Assembly: GCA_019057475.1 (NCBI GenBank)
Contig: DXJO01000032.1
Span: 1 to 18,245, forward strand
Direction of reading: 5' to 3'
Source: Candidatus Thorarchaeota archaeon
GTDB taxonomy: Archaea; Asgardarchaeota; Thorarchaeia; Thorarchaeales; Thorarchaeaceae
Length of the DNA: 18,245 bases
Within the stretch, counting starts at the first letter, position 1. Every line of letters starts with the position of its first letter. Both the position numbers and the translations under genes were made by a program. This document shows positions 16,031 to 18,245 of the stretch, piece by piece. The notes under the pieces are model-generated. The model was given only the letters and a program-made list of their open reading frames with translations, made no database searches and was not told where the DNA came from.

Positions 16031-16867
16031 TTGAGATTCTTGATAGAAATGCAGGCAGACGTGCACAATAGAGGTACATCCCGAATAAAGAAAGGGAAGA
16101 TGACTTGGCATCTCTTTACAGACATGGACAACCAGTTCGTTACGTCTCTTGATGTCTTCCCGCCAGCGAGAGTTCTTGAAAAAGCTGAGAAGAACATGGT
16201 TGCCATCATCAAGATGCCGGAGTTGACTCCATGCGAGAGCTTCTCTCCGACAGTCATCCTCCGCATTGACACGATTTCCCGTGATTGGCTTCTCGAGCCC
16301 CAAGCAACCCCCGAGGAAGAAATCAAGCAGAACAGAGGAATGTTCTGCGCCATACAGGAGTACTGGGAATATGGTAACCCGCTTGTTCAGAAACTGTCAG
16401 AGAGTATCGCTGAAAAGAGTAGCAACGACGAGGCATACGCTCGGTCGGCGTACCAAACAGTCAGAGAGCACCTGAAGCTGAAGACTCATCTTGACGAGAG
16501 AGTGGGGGCTGCACGTGCCACTGCGGGCAAAGAAGGTGACTGTGATGAACATGCGGACCTGTTTATTGCCTTGAGCCGCGCTGTCAAGATACCATCACGT
16601 AGAGTTGTGGGCCACTTCTACAGGTCAGGGTCGGAACCCGAGCCGCATGCCTGGTGTGAAGTCTATCTCTTGAACATAGGCTGGATTCCCGTTGACCCAG
16701 CTCTGGGACGCTTTGGCACTCTCTCCGAGAGATATTTCTCACGTGTGAGAGAAGGACTTGTTTCTGCCCGTCCGACGATTCAAGTAAAGTGGGATGCACC
16801 CGCGATGGGAGGACCAGTTGTTGAAGAGAAAGTAAGGATGTCCGTCTTCAAGAACAATCGAGGCTAG
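16031..16867 (+). CDS. transglutaminase-like superfamily protein
   Basis: Intact Cys-His-Asp triad: GDCDEHADLFIALSRAVKIPSR, HAWCEVY, GWIPVDP. Confidence 0.92.
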   Translation: MRFLIEMQADVHNRGTSRIKKGKMTWHLFTDMDNQFVTSLDVFPPARVLEKAEKNMVAIIKMPELTPCESFSPTVILRIDTISRDWLLEPQATPEEEIKQNRGMFCAIQEYWEYGNPLVQKLSESIAEKSSNDEAYARSAYQTVREHLKLKTHLDERVGAARATAGKEGDCDEHADLFIALSRAVKIPSRRVVGHFYRSGSEPEPHAWCEVYLLNIGWIPVDPALGRFGTLSERYFSRVREGLVSARPTIQVKWDAPAMGGPVVEEKVRMSVFKNNRG

Positions 16868-17595
16868 AGCCCGGATATCCTCTCAGACTCGTACAGACTC
16901 ACAAACATGTCTGCCCCAAAGTGCCAGCATGAATGGGTGTCGAATATGGCGCATCTGACTATGGGCAGGAAAGGCGCATTAAGGGCTGAACGAAGAGTTC
17001 CCGCAAGGTGATGCGTCATCATCTCTCCGTAAGCGGCTACCTGTGGTATGGACTCAAGAAATCTCTTCTTCGTTGACTCAAGTGAGCCCGGCTTGTAATC
17101 GCAGACTTGCACATGGCCATCCACAAATCGGACCAAATCTACGTGTCCTGAAAGTCGGTATCTCTCGGTAAACACCGGAACTTCAATGGCAATAGAGTTC
17201 GGATCGTCCTGAAGGAAGTCAGGAAGCACTGTATGGTTCAGTGTATAACTTTTGTCGCCTCTTGCTCGATGATACTCTCTTATTCTTAGCACCAAGTCAT
17301 CTTCAATGCTAGCCACAACTGCATGGCTTTTCATGAGCTTTGTTCGTAATGCTACACGTCTTGCAGCTGACATTTTCAAGAGTCGCAATGAGGATGCACG
17401 TCTGTAGAATGGATCAGTGAAGGGGGCTGCTGGCACCTTGCCGGCTCTAACTGCTGAAAGGTGTGCCCAAAGAGCAGCCAGGTCGCCGTCAGTGTTTCCA
17501 AGCTTTTTGTGGTTCCCGCGATTCCATTGAAACCCGTACGCAACCTTGCCATGGCGAAACTCCCTTCTTACGATATCATCGCCATCGGCTGTCAT
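16864..17595 (-). CDS. PD-(D/E)XK (RecB-like) nuclease family protein
   Basis: IEVPV, SGHVDLV, VCDYKP and QVAAYG correspond to the RecB-type motifs E, G..D, DYK and QxxxY. Confidence 0.85.
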   Translation of the reverse strand: MTADGDDIVRREFRHGKVAYGFQWNRGNHKKLGNTDGDLAALWAHLSAVRAGKVPAAPFTDPFYRRASSLRLLKMSAARRVALRTKLMKSHAVVASIEDDLVLRIREYHRARGDKSYTLNHTVLPDFLQDDPNSIAIEVPVFTERYRLSGHVDLVRFVDGHVQVCDYKPGSLESTKKRFLESIPQVAAYGEMMTHHLAGTLRSALNAPFLPIVRCAIFDTHSCWHFGADMFVSLYESERISGL

Positions 17596-17667
17596 GTCCC
17601 TTCAAAGCTGACTCGGGCACCAATCTTTTTAATGCACCGCCCCTCAGAAGCCATAGGTGACACCGAG

Positions 17668-17946
17668 TTGACATATGCCTTCATCGTTTTCTATCGTTAC
17701 AGGACAATGTCCATGGAAGAAGCTGAGAAGGCAAGGGAGTTCTGGACGGACTTTCTCAAGGGAGAATGGCCTAGCGATGTCCGGATTGTAGGGAACTACA
17801 AGTATGCATGGGGAACTGAATGGAATGGATTCCTGCTGTTAGAAGCAGAGAGTGCCCACACCTTCTTTGAGTTCTGGCCCAAGTTTCGGGACAAAACGCG
17901 CTGGTACGTAGACAACACTCGAACAATAATCGGCCAGAGGACGTAA
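17668..17946 (+). CDS. small alpha/beta protein (92 aa; possibly GYD/dimeric alpha-beta barrel-like)
   Basis: TTG 17668 has AGGTGA 7 nt upstream and TTTTTAA at about 17626. The sequence MTYAFIVFYRY..VRIVGNY..WNGFLLLEAES..TRTIIG has a ferredoxin-like pattern. The track start at 17461 overlaps the opposite gene and is unlikely. Confidence 0.75.
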   Translation: MTYAFIVFYRYRTMSMEEAEKAREFWTDFLKGEWPSDVRIVGNYKYAWGTEWNGFLLLEAESAHTFFEFWPKFRDKTRWYVDNTRTIIGQRT

Positions 17947-18245
17947 AGAAAGAAAACGAAGTCGAGAGGGAATGCAACAGCTGCCAAGAACTTGTGCAAT
18001 CTTGGACATTTTGTAGGTGGTTATAACGTACTGCTCGGGATTGAGTGGTGTGGACGTTCAATGCTGATTGCTAGGGCCTGCATGCAATTTGGCCGCCGCC
18101 AGTTGGACGGAGACAGAAAACGCCTATGGGGAGGACGTGAAACTTGTCGCAGATTCAGTAGGATCTGCAGAGCAGACCTCAATGAATCAGGAACCGAACA
18201 TCAGTCAAGGACATTGATGTCCATGATTGTACAAGTTACGGGCAA

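Noticed and set aside
16864-17595. Cas4
   Set aside because: Lacks the C-terminal three-cysteine cluster motif, and there is no CRISPR context.
18040-18245. Plus-strand frame open to the right edge
   Set aside because: Atypical composition and no recognisable motif; insufficient evidence.

Overview
An 18.2 kb archaeal window, most likely from an Asgard archaeon (Thorarchaeia-like). The assignment is inferred from a Roadblock/LC7 protein, two Asgard-type longin-domain proteins, GGTGA/GGAGG RBSs and TATA-type promoters. The left ~5 kb looks like a partly decayed accessory island. It holds a divergent promoter with two identical 20-bp palindrome-containing repeats, a frameshifted ribbon-helix-helix-like gene, a chain of tiny overlapping ORFs, an Nmad3 gene, membrane proteins (one split by two in-frame TGA) and a p24/GOLD-like membrane protein with a zinc ribbon. 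The middle has a 5'-disrupted, divergent Top6A/Spo11-like gene followed by a coiled-coil/winged-helix protein and a PD-(D/E)XK nuclease. A Roadblock gene directly abuts a divergent NifB-like radical SAM gene, and this pair converges on two tandem paralogs with a longin + double winged-helix (NPRL2/NPRL3-like) architecture. The right part encodes DUF2797, the AmmeMemoRadiSam radical SAM enzyme, a long coiled-coil/winged-helix protein, a transglutaminase-like protein, a second PD-(D/E)XK nuclease and a small alpha/beta protein. No rRNA, tRNA, CRISPR array, transposase or integrase was recognised. All family calls come from motif recognition by eye, not from database searches.
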